DNA from: a virus
Taxonomy: Duplodnaviria > Caudoviricetes
IMG/VR virus record: IMGVR_UViG_3300022665_000158
Coordinates: 1-59,537 of that record
DNA: 59,537 nucleotides
Reading direction: 5' to 3' (one strand)
In this document: one piece after another, positions 9,850 to 19,489 of the stretch
Layout of the letters: the number at the start of each line of letters is the position of its first letter
How positions within the stretch are numbered: the stretch's first letter is position 1
Notes under the pieces: model-generated
What the model was told of the DNA's origin: nothing
Databases searched by the model: none
The model's input: only the letters and a program-made list of their open reading frames with translations
Program-made: the position numbers and the translations under genes

Positions 9850-10071
9850 ATGACCACGAAAAACCGAAAGGAATCGAAAATGACAATGACCGGCAGCTAC
9901 GTGCAAGTGATCAACCGCGGACGGGCCTGGGTCGAGAGCGTCGACTTGGACACGCAAATTGCGCGGGTTCGCTTCGACAGCAATCAGGGCCGACGGAGCC
10001 GCGTTCACGAATTCGCCTTCGACGCCATCGACTTCGAGAACCACGTCAACGGCTGGAAGGTGCTGGCATGA
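9850..10071 (+). CDS. small hypothetical protein
   Basis: ORF after the promoter candidate; real start may be a later ATG after the AAGGA SD. Confidence 0.55.
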   Translation: MTTKNRKESKMTMTGSYVQVINRGRAWVESVDLDTQIARVRFDSNQGRRSRVHEFAFDAIDFENHVNGWKVLA

Positions 10072-10295
10072 CGTTTCGCCCCCTCGCCCCGCGGGTTGCT
10101 ATCACCCACGTCGATACATCCTGGGATCGGGATCGGCGCGGGGAGAATTCGGATGGCGGGTGGACGCTCGTGACCTGTGAGTGCGGTCACGTTTCCAAAT
10201 GCGCCCCCCATTTTTCGTACAAGCTCGGCGAGACGCGCAATTGTTTCTGGTGCCAGGAGGCATTGGACGAGCAAAACGGAGGCCTAAATGGCTGA
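10068..10295 (+). CDS. small zinc-ribbon protein
   Basis: CECGH...CFWC; ATGA coupling. Confidence 0.55.
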   Translation: MTFRPLAPRVAITHVDTSWDRDRRGENSDGGWTLVTCECGHVSKCAPHFSYKLGETRNCFWCQEALDEQNGGLNG

Positions 10296-10428
10296 CTCAA
10301 GCGTGCAACTAGCTGACGACACTCTGGCGCCGCTGACCCGGGGCCGGATCGACGAGATGCTCGAAGAGCTGGGGCAGTACCCCGCGGAGCGCGAGTTGCT
10401 TCTCGCGATCCTACAGGGCCCCCGCTAG
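10288..10428 (+). CDS. 46-aa hypothetical protein (not in the ORF track)
   Basis: GGAGG SD, ATG 10288 to TAG 10428. Confidence 0.5.
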   Translation: MADSSVQLADDTLAPLTRGRIDEMLEELGQYPAERELLLAILQGPR

Positions 10429-10453
10429 ACTTATCCCGCGGGTCTGCTAAGAT
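10426..10453 (+). promoter_or_regulatory. sigma70-like promoter candidate (extended -10)
   Basis: TAGACT-N16-TAAGAT with TG at the extended -10 position. Confidence 0.35.
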
Positions 10454-10483
10454 TCCGCTTCCTTCGGTAAAAGGAAACCCCCA

Positions 10484-11170
10484 TTGTCCATCTACATCGT
10501 CCCCAGCGTATCCACGCCTGAGGTCGCCTACGAAGTCGATACCGAAAAACCGGCCTGTACTTGCCCATCATTTGCGCATAGCCGCGGCCGGCGCTGGTGT
10601 AAACATCTCACCATGGTGGAATCCCGCCCGGACCTGTACGCTTGCATCATACCGGGGCAGGCTGCGATTGGCCCGACGAAAGATGCGGGCCCCGGGCTCT
10701 TCACCATCGGGCATTCAAACCACTCGATAGAGAACTTCCTGTCGCTGCTACGGCAGCACCACATCCGGGCCGTGGTCGACGTTCGCTCGGCGCCCTACTC
10801 CCGCTACTCCCCTCACTTCTGCCGGGACGCCCTGAAGGAACACGTGCGCGGCGCCGGGATCGACTACTACTGGGCGGGGAAAGAGCTGGGGGGACGTGAC
10901 AAGATCCCCGTGGACTCGTCCGCCTTTACTGGAAGGATGTATCAAATCCTTGAGATGGCGGAGCGGATGCGCATCGCGCTCATGTGCTCGGAGGGCAAAC
11001 CCCAAGACTGTCACCGCGCGATGAAGCTCACCGCGTGGATCCATCGGGAGGTCTCGGGCTACGCCCGCCACATACTCCCGGACGGTACGCTCCTCAGCAG
11101 CGAGATCCTAGAGGCGAAGCAGGATGAGGATTGGTTGTGGAAAGACCTAGGGGGCAAGAATGGGCCCTAA
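10484..11170 (+). CDS. SWIM zinc finger fused to a DUF488 domain
   Basis: CTCPSF...WCKH SWIM motif; FTIGHS, VDVR..PYSR, ELGG, LMCSE....CHR DUF488 motifs; TTG start after AAGGA. Confidence 0.85.
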   Translation: MSIYIVPSVSTPEVAYEVDTEKPACTCPSFAHSRGRRWCKHLTMVESRPDLYACIIPGQAAIGPTKDAGPGLFTIGHSNHSIENFLSLLRQHHIRAVVDVRSAPYSRYSPHFCRDALKEHVRGAGIDYYWAGKELGGRDKIPVDSSAFTGRMYQILEMAERMRIALMCSEGKPQDCHRAMKLTAWIHREVSGYARHILPDGTLLSSEILEAKQDEDWLWKDLGGKNGP

Positions 11171-11182
11171 CCCGGAGGTATC

Positions 11183-11368
11183 ATGACGATTACACCGCTC
11201 GAACGAATCATCGGCACGGTTGCCGGCACGGCGCCCCTAGTGGCGTCGGTCACTCTCGACAAGCATTTCGGTTTCGCGATCGGCACCGGGGTGTGGGGGC
11301 TGCTCATCCTAGCATGGGTGTGGAACCTACAGGCGCAGGCGAAGGCGAAGGGCGACGCGGAGAGCTAA
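11183..11368 (+). CDS. small membrane protein
   Basis: Two hydrophobic segments; GGAGG SD. Confidence 0.55.
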   Translation: MTITPLERIIGTVAGTAPLVASVTLDKHFGFAIGTGVWGLLILAWVWNLQAQAKAKGDAES

Positions 11369-11581
11369 GTGTCCGGTTTCCAACACATAATCGAACCCGA
11401 GCCGGATCCCGAGCCCGAGACCTACACGGCCGGGCCGCGTGGCAAGGCGACGATCATCCGCGGGCCGGGCAAGTGCAAGCGCTTGCACGCCGACTGGGTG
11501 TGGATTTTCCTAGGGGCACTGGCGGCAAGTGGGCTGGCTCTGGGCGGCGCCTCGCTGTTCCTACTGGCGACGTCGCGATGA
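11369..11581 (+). CDS. small membrane protein
   Basis: C-terminal hydrophobic helix; carries palindrome copy 2. Confidence 0.5.
   Translation: MSGFQHIIEPEPDPEPETYTAGPRGKATIIRGPGKCKRLHADWVWIFLGALAASGLALGGASLFLLATSR
11474..11487. repeat. 14-bp palindrome, copy 2
   Basis: Exact match. Confidence 0.95.
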
Positions 11582-11838
11582 CTTTCAACTGGGTGACGGC
11601 CACTACGATCTTCGTGGGCTACTGCGCACTGGATTGGCTTTATACGATTTACATCTTCGCCATTGCGGAGCGGCGGAAGCTGCTAGCGGCGAACATCGGA
11701 GCCGGTATCTACACGCTGAGCGCGTACGGCGTGGTCCACTACGTCGCGGATTGGCGCTATGTGGTTCCGATGATCGCGGGCGGGTGGCTGGGGACGTACT
11801 TGTCCGTGTGGCACCAGCAATGGAAGGAAGCGAAATGA
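11578..11838 (+). CDS. 3-TM membrane protein
   Basis: ATGA coupling; three hydrophobic helices ending GGWLGTYL. Confidence 0.6.
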   Translation: MTFNWVTATTIFVGYCALDWLYTIYIFAIAERRKLLAANIGAGIYTLSAYGVVHYVADWRYVVPMIAGGWLGTYLSVWHQQWKEAK

Positions 11839-12248
11839 CGATTTGCTGTTCCTACTGTGGCGATGAGGCCAAGAGGGTGAAAGGCAAGGCGCTCTATCCA
11901 AAGCACAAGTACCTGTGGGGGAAGATCTATTTCAGATGCGAGCCCTGTGATGCACACGTGGGCACGCACGATGGGACGGGCGAACCGCTGGGGACGTTGG
12001 CTAACAAGAGCCTCAGGATGGCGCGGATGGACGCTCATCAAGCCTTCGATCAGATGTGGCGCGAGCACGTGGTACATCGGTCATTTGCGTATCGGTGGCT
12101 GAGGAATCGGATGGGACTCGAACGTGCCGCACACGTCGGGGGAATGACCGAAGAGGAATGTCAGGTCGTGATCGGCTTAGAGGATGAGATCACGGAAAAT
12201 TTGAAAAAGACAAGGCAGATTTGGGAAACATGGAAGGCGTTAGGATGA
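11835..12248 (+). CDS. DUF3268-family zinc-finger protein
   Basis: CSYC, C.PCDAHVGTH, PLGTLAN..LR..R..AH..FD, AY.WL, AHVG motifs. Confidence 0.8.
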   Translation: MTICCSYCGDEAKRVKGKALYPKHKYLWGKIYFRCEPCDAHVGTHDGTGEPLGTLANKSLRMARMDAHQAFDQMWREHVVHRSFAYRWLRNRMGLERAAHVGGMTEEECQVVIGLEDEITENLKKTRQIWETWKALG

Positions 12249-12502
12249 CGATCTGCTGCCAATGCGGCCGGCACCACTGGCCCGGCAAGAAGGAGTGCCC
12301 GGGTCGACCATGTCAAGAGCAACGGCCGACGTGGCACGTGTGCTCGAAGGAGCGATGTGAATCAGACGGCTGCAACCACTTGCCATGCAAGGACTGTGAG
12401 CGATACGATGACGGGTATCCGGACTCGGTACCGATCACAAAGCGGAGCGTTAAGAAAGTCCAGTTGAATTCGAGAATGAAGGCTTTGCTACTTGGGAGAT
12501 AG
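12245..12502 (+). CDS. Cys/His-rich small protein
   Basis: Several CxxC and H clusters; ATGA coupling. Confidence 0.5.
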   Translation: MTICCQCGRHHWPGKKECPGRPCQEQRPTWHVCSKERCESDGCNHLPCKDCERYDDGYPDSVPITKRSVKKVQLNSRMKALLLGR

Positions 12503-12504
12503 GG

Positions 12505-12726
12505 ATGGGCGAATCGAAAACGGTATGCCACCATTGCAAGCGCAAACCTGGAGAGCGGCACAAGAGGAAGTGCGCCCGAGGCAAGCTCTACTACATCTCC
12601 GCGTCGCTGCGGGCAAGACCGACGACGCCGCGGAGCTACCCTATCGCCAATATATACGATTGTGTGGCGGGGCCGCTGAAACTGAAACCGATTCCGAAAG
12701 GGACGCCGATGAGAGTGAGGCTCTAA
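12505..12726 (+). CDS. small basic Cys/His protein
   Basis: CHHC..HKRKC. Confidence 0.45.
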   Translation: MGESKTVCHHCKRKPGERHKRKCARGKLYYISASLRARPTTPRSYPIANIYDCVAGPLKLKPIPKGTPMRVRL

Positions 12727-12727
12727 A

Positions 12728-12970
12728 ATGTGGCACGACAGCAAGCTGGCCATAGAGTTGAACGCCGGGATACGCAAGATCGTGAAGGCGAGCAAAAACG
12801 GCTGGCCGTTCATTCGGTACGACAGCCGGGGGAATGAGACCCGCGTGGAATATCGGCGCGGGTGTTACTGCCTGAATCGCGGGCTTATACCCGAGAAAGA
12901 GCGATGCCCGGAGCATGGGACGATCATCGGTAGTCACCCTGTGCGGACGCAGACGGTGATCGATGAGTAG
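12728..12970 (+). CDS. small hypothetical protein
   Basis: GAGG SD; CYC..CPEH. Confidence 0.45.
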   Translation: MWHDSKLAIELNAGIRKIVKASKNGWPFIRYDSRGNETRVEYRRGCYCLNRGLIPEKERCPEHGTIIGSHPVRTQTVIDE

Positions 12971-13370
12971 CGCTTGCGACACGTGCCGGGATCCGGGCTA
13001 CTGCTGCCGGAACTTCACGCTCAGCGTGATTTTCCCGGCGGAGATGCATAGGAAGGAAGTGAACAAACACATCGCGGAAGCGACGGACCCGTGGGACGGA
13101 GAGCGCGACTGGTTCGCGGAGAAGACGCCGTTCATGCACCCGATTCGGATCACGTCGCGGTACGCGTACCGCGGGCAGCACAAGCCGCACGGCGTGAAGT
13201 GGGGTTTCAGCTGCGATCGGCTGGGGGAGGACGGGCGGTGTATGCAGTACGAAGATCGGCCTACTATCTGTCGGTCCTACGAACCGAAGACCGATTTGCT
13301 TTGCATCGAATACGATGGTAACTACAAGGGCTACTTGACCCTGTACCGAGAGGAGAAGACCGATGACTGA
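12963..13370 (+). CDS. YkgJ-family cysteine-cluster protein
   Basis: C..C...G.CC and C..L..DGRC..YEDRP..CR.Y motifs. Confidence 0.8.
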   Translation: MSSACDTCRDPGYCCRNFTLSVIFPAEMHRKEVNKHIAEATDPWDGERDWFAEKTPFMHPIRITSRYAYRGQHKPHGVKWGFSCDRLGEDGRCMQYEDRPTICRSYEPKTDLLCIEYDGNYKGYLTLYREEKTDD

Positions 13371-16233
13371 AATCAGCTATCGCGCGCGCGTGAGGGAATT
13401 GTCCGGGCAGGTTCACGAGCTGAAGCGGGATAACGAACACGCGGAGCGCACGATCGCGATGTTCGAAAGCGACCTCAAAACGACAGAGAACGCCGCCGTG
13501 GCCATGGAACGAGACCGCGACGAACTACTAGAGACCGTCAATCGGCACGGCTTGACGCCGCTCGGGGAATTGGAAGAGCAGATCCGACTGCTGAAGTTGC
13601 GGCTCGAAGCCAAGGAAGAGGACTTCGAACATCTCGACGTGTTGGCCGACGGCTACAAGGCGCAGCGCGACACGGCGCGGGCCGAGCTACTCGGCGAAGA
13701 GCTGTCCGATACCCAGATACTCGATCTGACGAACGAAGAGGCCGGGCCGGGCGCGCTGCCGGGTACCAAGCCGGTGACGCTCACGCAACCGGGCGAGGAG
13801 ATCGTCCCCTTCCACAGGGAGAAGAGCGGGAAGCTGGTGGCCGGCCACGGCCCTGGCCTGATCGGCGACCACCGCCGGGTCACCGAAGAGCGGGACGACG
13901 CGCGGCGCGCTCGGGACTTGACGCAATGCGAATGCAATCGCCTCACGGAGCAGCTGACCTACTGGGAGAACGTGGCGCCCAATACCCACCCCGAGCTGAT
14001 CGTCTCCACCCTCATGGAGGAGCGCGACGCGTTGCAGAGTGAGCTGGACAAGGCGGAGAACAGAGCCGAAACGATCAGGCTGGAGGGATTGCGAATCCGC
14101 CGATTCGCGGAGTTGGGGCTGGCCGATGCGCGGAACTCGAATAAAAGCCTGAGGGCGGTGATCACGGACTTACACGAAGTGAAGCAAGAGCGGGACGGCA
14201 ACGCGGAGTCGGTTCGGTTCAACGTCGAACGCGTGACCGACTTAGCCGAAGAACTGTCCGAAGTGAAGGCCCAGCGGAACGACAAGGACGTCGTCATCGA
14301 TGCCATGACCGCAAACGCGGAGACGTTGAAAGAGGACGCGGATAGGGCATGGGCTGCTCTGGAGCTATCCGAGGAGAAGCTGGTGGCCACGGAGACCGCC
14401 CTGGAGCTGGCCATCAAGAAGCTGGCGACCCTCGACACCCCAGAGCCGGACCCGGATCCCGATGACGACCCCGAGGATGACCCGACCTCGCCCACGGGCG
14501 GCGCCGGGGGCGGCGACGGATCCACTGGTGGCTCACCTCTGCGAGATGCCATCGCGGAACGCTCTGAGGCGATCGCGGCCGAACAAGTCGCGGCAGCGGG
14601 AAGCCCCCTGAAGATCAAGACCCTTGCGGGACCGGGGCCACGAATCGAAAGCGACGAGGCGGCACCGGAAGCCCCCGAGAAACCCACAACGCCGGGGGCA
14701 CGGCTGCCCGTGGACGCCCCGCCGCTCGACAAGTTCGGGGATGGATTCGTTTGCCGGCTCGGCTACGACTACGGCGAGGAGATATTCTTCGACAGATCGC
14801 GGCCCGTAGAGGGAGAACTGCACGCTGACGGCGGCCCTCTGTACGAAGAATGCGAACCCACAGACGTCGTGGCCGACCTCGAACACCTACTCGGGGAAAC
14901 GCAAATAGGATTGAACGCGGCATCCGCGGAGAACACGGACCTGCACGTGGAGATCACGGATCAGCAAGGGACGATCGCGGACCTGAGGGAGACCATCGAC
15001 ACCTACGAAGTGATGGAGGAAGAGCGAGCCGCGAGCCTATACGCTCAAGTCGCGGACGCCGAGAACGACCGTGAGCGCTTGCACGAGAGTCTGGTGATCC
15101 AGAAAGCCCTGACTGAGGACCGACTCGCCGAACAGCGGCTACTACAGCGAGAGCTGCGGGCAGCGGAGAGGAAGTGCGACGCGTACCAGCTTGAGGTGAT
15201 CACGAGCGACGGTATACTGAACACCGCGGTAACCGAGTTGTCCGAAGAGCGTAGTAAAACCGCGCACTTACGGTCACGCTTGCATCAAGCCATCAAGCAC
15301 ATCGACGATATCACCGCGGCGATCTGCGACGATACCCCCACCCCCCCGAGACCGGGAGGTCTGATCGATGCGGACGATGACGATGAGGAAGAATCAGAGG
15401 CGGAAGCGAGAGCGATGCTCGCGCACTACCGGACACAATTCGTCCGGCTGGCGGAGACGAAGCTCGCATTGGAGAAGCAAGTCGACGAACTACAGGCGAA
15501 ACTCGCTCCCGAAAGTTCGCGCATCGAGTTGGACGAACAGGCCTCCAGGGACGACTTTCAGGGTATACCGCGCGGGCCGACCGATGAGAGCCTAGGCACC
15601 GTGATCGCGGATGCTGTGCTGGACAACGTTGTCGAGGTCTCACGGGAATCGATCGAGACCGGCACGCGGGACGCCACTTTCGCGGAGCAGGTGACCGGCG
15701 ACGCTGAGGAAGAGGCCGGGCCGACGAAGCTGCACGACAGGCACAAGGTGGTAGCGACGGCAATGGATATCCTGAAGCGCGCGAAGTCGCGAGAGCCGCG
15801 AAAGCGTGAATCGGCCGGGATGGAGAATGCCGCGGCGAAGCTGGGGATCACGCCCGAGAAGGTGGTCGAGGTGGGCGTGTCGCTTCTGGAGGCCGCGCCG
15901 GCGCAAGAGCGCATCGTAACGGTTGACGATATCGCGGAGGCCATCGGCGCCAAGATCGTAATGCCGGAGACGAAGATGACGATCACCGGGTCGGTCGCGG
16001 AGATGGACGCAAATGCAAGCGCTTGCACTCGGGTATGGATTGCCCCGGCGGGCGCCTGCCCGGCTCTGGTGAGCGATTCCCACGGCTTCGCGGAACGGGC
16101 TCCAGCGCCCGGATTCTTCCCCGCCCCTTACTGCCCCGCGTGCAACCAAGATTTCGTGGCAGGAGAGCGCCCTGTGGACCCAGACAGGGCATATGTGACG
16201 GTCGAAGAGTCGCGGAGGATGACGGGATCATGA
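13363..16233 (+). CDS. large acidic coiled-coil protein (956 aa)
   Basis: Long heptad-rich segments separated by P/D/G linkers; C-terminal CPAC. Confidence 0.75.
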   Translation: MTEISYRARVRELSGQVHELKRDNEHAERTIAMFESDLKTTENAAVAMERDRDELLETVNRHGLTPLGELEEQIRLLKLRLEAKEEDFEHLDVLADGYKAQRDTARAELLGEELSDTQILDLTNEEAGPGALPGTKPVTLTQPGEEIVPFHREKSGKLVAGHGPGLIGDHRRVTEERDDARRARDLTQCECNRLTEQLTYWENVAPNTHPELIVSTLMEERDALQSELDKAENRAETIRLEGLRIRRFAELGLADARNSNKSLRAVITDLHEVKQERDGNAESVRFNVERVTDLAEELSEVKAQRNDKDVVIDAMTANAETLKEDADRAWAALELSEEKLVATETALELAIKKLATLDTPEPDPDPDDDPEDDPTSPTGGAGGGDGSTGGSPLRDAIAERSEAIAAEQVAAAGSPLKIKTLAGPGPRIESDEAAPEAPEKPTTPGARLPVDAPPLDKFGDGFVCRLGYDYGEEIFFDRSRPVEGELHADGGPLYEECEPTDVVADLEHLLGETQIGLNAASAENTDLHVEITDQQGTIADLRETIDTYEVMEEERAASLYAQVADAENDRERLHESLVIQKALTEDRLAEQRLLQRELRAAERKCDAYQLEVITSDGILNTAVTELSEERSKTAHLRSRLHQAIKHIDDITAAICDDTPTPPRPGGLIDADDDDEEESEAEARAMLAHYRTQFVRLAETKLALEKQVDELQAKLAPESSRIELDEQASRDDFQGIPRGPTDESLGTVIADAVLDNVVEVSRESIETGTRDATFAEQVTGDAEEEAGPTKLHDRHKVVATAMDILKRAKSREPRKRESAGMENAAAKLGITPEKVVEVGVSLLEAAPAQERIVTVDDIAEAIGAKIVMPETKMTITGSVAEMDANASACTRVWIAPAGACPALVSDSHGFAERAPAPGFFPAPYCPACNQDFVAGERPVDPDRAYVTVEESRRMTGS
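16014..16027. repeat. 14-bp palindrome, copy 3
   Basis: Exact match, preceded by GCAAA. Confidence 0.95.
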
Positions 16234-16236
16234 ATC

Positions 16237-16515
16237 ATGGCTAAGACGGCCAAGGAACGATGCTATCGCGACGTCTATAACGCAGATAAGCAGGGGATAT
16301 CGCCGAAGCAATTGAACAAGTTGCAAGGCTTCATCGCTCGGCTATACAACCGGGGCCTGATCGACTTGGATCAAATGGGCCGATGGCAGAGCAGGGCCGC
16401 GAAAGCCAAGGTGAACGGCGAACCCAAGCGGCCACGAGTTCTGGTGAATCGCCCGGGGCCTGACAAAACGGAGCGAAGAAAGTACGATCGCGGGGAGGAG
16501 CAGGCCCGCCCCTAA
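16237..16515 (+). CDS. basic hypothetical protein
   Basis: ORF in operon context. Confidence 0.5.
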   Translation: MAKTAKERCYRDVYNADKQGISPKQLNKLQGFIARLYNRGLIDLDQMGRWQSRAAKAKVNGEPKRPRVLVNRPGPDKTERRKYDRGEEQARP

Positions 16516-16538
16516 GGGTATTTTTTGAAGGAGCTATA

Positions 16539-16790
16539 ATGGGTATCAAGATTGAAGCAATCGAAGAGAAACGCGTGTTCGATATCTACTTGGGCACGAT
16601 GGGTGTGGGTAGGGTTTCGGTAGAAACTACTGATGACGACCTGCCCTGCTTAGCTGAATACGACGACAGCCAAGGGCTGTTGATTGAATTGGGATGGTTT
16701 AAAACAGTGAAGCAGGCTGGCCAAGCCCTTATTCGACGACACTGCGGAGAGGGAGACGTAGACGAAGTGAAAAGGATAAAAGCCCCATGA
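16539..16790 (+). CDS. hypothetical protein
   Basis: AAGGAG SD. Confidence 0.6.
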   Translation: MGIKIEAIEEKRVFDIYLGTMGVGRVSVETTDDDLPCLAEYDDSQGLLIELGWFKTVKQAGQALIRRHCGEGDVDEVKRIKAP

Positions 16791-17794
16791 GCTTCAGAAA
16801 ATACGATCATGTGGAACGCCTCGGGAATGAAGAGGTTGAGGGGATCGACTTGGGGGAGGTCTACGTGTTCCCCAAACTGGACGGCACCAACGCCAGCGTG
16901 TGGATTGACTACCCAATGCTGGAGGACGGTAGCCTCGCCGCCCCCTATGTGGGATGCGGTAGCCGCACGCGGGAGTTGAGCGATGAGAACGATAACGCCA
17001 ATTTCTATCGCTGGGTGAACAATGACGACACGTGGCCGCTGTGGCAGGGGCTCATAGGGCACGAGGGTGCCCTGTGGACGCTGTACGGTGAGTGGCTGGT
17101 AACCCACACCCTGAAGACCTACCGATCGGACGCGTGGCGCCGATTCTGGGTGTTCGACGTCTACGACAATCAAGAGCAGCGCTACCTGCCCTATGACCGG
17201 TACGCCCCCACCCTGAATCAGATCGGGTTCGACGTGATCGAGCCCCTGTGCATTATCACGAATCCGACCGAGTTGCAGCTGCGCCAAGAGGTGGAGCAGA
17301 ACACCTATCTGATCTACAACGGCGGCGGGGCGGGCGAGGGCATCGTCATCAAGAACTACGCGTGGACGAATAAGTACGGCCGCCAGCCGTGGGCCAAGAT
17401 CGTCCGCAACGAATTCAAGGAAGAGAACAAGCGCGCTTTCGGCGTGACCGAGAAGACCGGCGAGTTCCAAGTCGAGGCCGCCATCGCCGAGACGTACGTG
17501 ACGCAGGCGGTCGTCGGGAAGGCGCTGGACAAGATCGAGCGGGACGTGTTGAACAATCACGATTTCGGCATACAGGATTGCAGCGTACCTAACCAGATTG
17601 CGCGTACGAAAGCGGTGCTCGAAGGGGCGCGGCCTCAGATCATCCCGCGCCTACTCCAGACCGTGTTCTACGACCTGATCCGCGAAGACCTGTGGGACGG
17701 ACTGAAACGCTACCAGTTTCCGACGGTTGACTTCACCCGCCTGAGACGCCATGCTGTGCTGCGGACGAAGCGATTCGCTCCCGACCTTTTCTGA
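16787..17794 (+). CDS. ATP-dependent RNA ligase (Rnl2-like)
   Basis: Nucleotidyltransferase motifs I PKLDGTN, III LYGEW, IIIa FWVFDV, IV GEGIVIK, V WAKIVRNEFKE. Confidence 0.85.
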   Translation: MSFRKYDHVERLGNEEVEGIDLGEVYVFPKLDGTNASVWIDYPMLEDGSLAAPYVGCGSRTRELSDENDNANFYRWVNNDDTWPLWQGLIGHEGALWTLYGEWLVTHTLKTYRSDAWRRFWVFDVYDNQEQRYLPYDRYAPTLNQIGFDVIEPLCIITNPTELQLRQEVEQNTYLIYNGGGAGEGIVIKNYAWTNKYGRQPWAKIVRNEFKEENKRAFGVTEKTGEFQVEAAIAETYVTQAVVGKALDKIERDVLNNHDFGIQDCSVPNQIARTKAVLEGARPQIIPRLLQTVFYDLIREDLWDGLKRYQFPTVDFTRLRRHAVLRTKRFAPDLF

Positions 17795-17802
17795 GGCCCC
17801 CC

Positions 17803-18045
17803 ATGGCTTACCTGAAACGCATTTCTCTGGTGGTGCTTACACTGACCGGGTTCCTAACGATCGGCTGTATCACGCTCGCGGAATGCACGCGTTCCCCGGA
17901 ACCGACCCCCGACACATGGCGGGAAGGCGCGTGCATTTGGAAATGCGAACCGATCAACGCGGTGCCGCTGTCGCACAGAATGTGGAAGCAGGACAACCGG
18001 TGGCTCTGCGAATGCGGGGACGGCCACATATACGTGATTCACTAG
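17803..18045 (+). CDS. putative Cys-rich lipoprotein or secreted protein
   Basis: Basic N-terminus, hydrophobic stretch, TIGC lipobox-like motif. Confidence 0.45.
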   Translation: MAYLKRISLVVLTLTGFLTIGCITLAECTRSPEPTPDTWREGACIWKCEPINAVPLSHRMWKQDNRWLCECGDGHIYVIH

Positions 18046-18055
18046 GGAGAAGAGA

Positions 18056-18397
18056 ATGCCGATTGGACACGGGCGGGTAGACGAAGTGATGACGCTGGAC
18101 CCCAACGCGACGAGCTTCGGAGATGTGCAAGCGCGGCTGTACGGGTACGAGACGGGCGCGACGCTCTGGGCTCTGCGCCTGCAAGTGAAGCGGGACGTTG
18201 AGAACGGGCTCGATCACCAGAAGCTCGTGCCTTATAGCGTCGTGCTCGCGTACGCCGAGCAAGTCGGCCAAGAGGCGGTGAAATACCTGGGGGCGAAGAT
18301 GAGGCGGCAAGCCGAACACCTATTCGCCACGCGGGTCTTGTGCGCCTTGCTCGCGCTCGTCGCGGGTGTGGCGACGGCGACGGCGGTGGCGCTATGA
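18056..18397 (+). CDS. hypothetical protein with C-terminal TM helix
   Basis: GGAG SD; hydrophobic C-terminus. Confidence 0.55.
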   Translation: MPIGHGRVDEVMTLDPNATSFGDVQARLYGYETGATLWALRLQVKRDVENGLDHQKLVPYSVVLAYAEQVGQEAVKYLGAKMRRQAEHLFATRVLCALLALVAGVATATAVAL

Positions 18398-18642
18398 AGG
18401 GCCCCTACGTAGACGTCGAAGCCATCAAGAACGAGGGCGCCGAGCTACAGCTCCGCGACGCGCTGCGGATGCACCTGTGGCACATCCGGGACTTGTGTGA
18501 CAAGGCGCGGGTGGACGACTACGTGTCGTTCACCGATCGCATGGACGAGATACTACGTCGGATTGAGGACGCCCGGAAACTCTACGACGCGGCCACGTGG
18601 CCCCACGACACGGCGAATCCCAAGGAGGCCATCCTACCGTGA
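18394..18642 (+). CDS. hypothetical protein
   Basis: ATGA coupling. Confidence 0.55.
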   Translation: MKGPYVDVEAIKNEGAELQLRDALRMHLWHIRDLCDKARVDDYVSFTDRMDEILRRIEDARKLYDAATWPHDTANPKEAILP

Positions 18643-19151
18643 GCTTCTCTACTCCCACGCACAAGCAGGTCGTCGACTTCATGCTCGAATCGAATAAGAT
18701 CGAGGGTATTGAGGGCACGACGGGCGACGAGGTCGCGGCCTTCCAACACTTCATCGGCTTGAGTTCTCTCTACCTGGGAGACGTGCTCAACCTGCTGAAC
18801 CGGGTTGCTCCCGGCCACCTACTGCGCACTGGCGTGGGGCAGGACGTGTATGTGGGGAACTATAAGGCCCCGCCGGGCGGCCCGAACATCATGTTGGCGC
18901 TCTCGGAAATCATGGGAACCATTACCCTGTGGAAGCAGGGGCTACCCGATGCGAACCCGTTCAATGTACATCGGGACTTCGAGAAACTGCATCCGTTCAC
19001 GGATGGCAACGGACGAGTTGGCCGGGTCATATGGGCGTGGCAGATGCTACACGCCCCTGTAGGGACGCGGGAGATCCGGATCGGGCTTGCGCTCGGCTTC
19101 CTTCACGAGTATTACTACCAGTCGCTTCAGGATCGCCCCGGGACGGTATGA
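18639..19151 (+). CDS. Fic-domain protein (class II-like)
   Basis: Canonical HPFTDGNGRVGR; N-terminal SNKIEG matches the (S/T)xxxE(G/N) inhibitory motif; GTG start after AAGGAGG. Confidence 0.9.
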   Translation: MSFSTPTHKQVVDFMLESNKIEGIEGTTGDEVAAFQHFIGLSSLYLGDVLNLLNRVAPGHLLRTGVGQDVYVGNYKAPPGGPNIMLALSEIMGTITLWKQGLPDANPFNVHRDFEKLHPFTDGNGRVGRVIWAWQMLHAPVGTREIRIGLALGFLHEYYYQSLQDRPGTV

Positions 19152-19489
19152 GTTTCTGGACCCCCGACGCGAAGGAAGACGCGTTCATGGCTAGCCGCAA
19201 GGCTGAGGAGAAAAGGCAAATGCGAGTCAACGTGTATGCGGAAGAGACCACCGACCGAATCGAGATCATCTCGAAGACGATCAACGGAACGACCTTCACC
19301 GGCCTGCGCTTCTACTTGGAGCTGCCCGCCACTGTGAGAGGAATACAATATCAGGGGCCATTCATGCACGGCGTCGACGATGACGACAGCGCCGCGGTGA
19401 CCTTCTGGGGCAAAAAGGACATGCGAGACGCTTTCCGGAAGGCGCTTGTACTGCTGGACGATCACTACGACTCCAAGCGGACGGTGTAG
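19148..19489 (+). CDS. hypothetical protein
   Basis: ATGA coupling; motif-like GLRFYLELP and DDDSAAVTFWG. Confidence 0.6.
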   Translation: MSFWTPDAKEDAFMASRKAEEKRQMRVNVYAEETTDRIEIISKTINGTTFTGLRFYLELPATVRGIQYQGPFMHGVDDDDSAAVTFWGKKDMRDAFRKALVLLDDHYDSKRTV

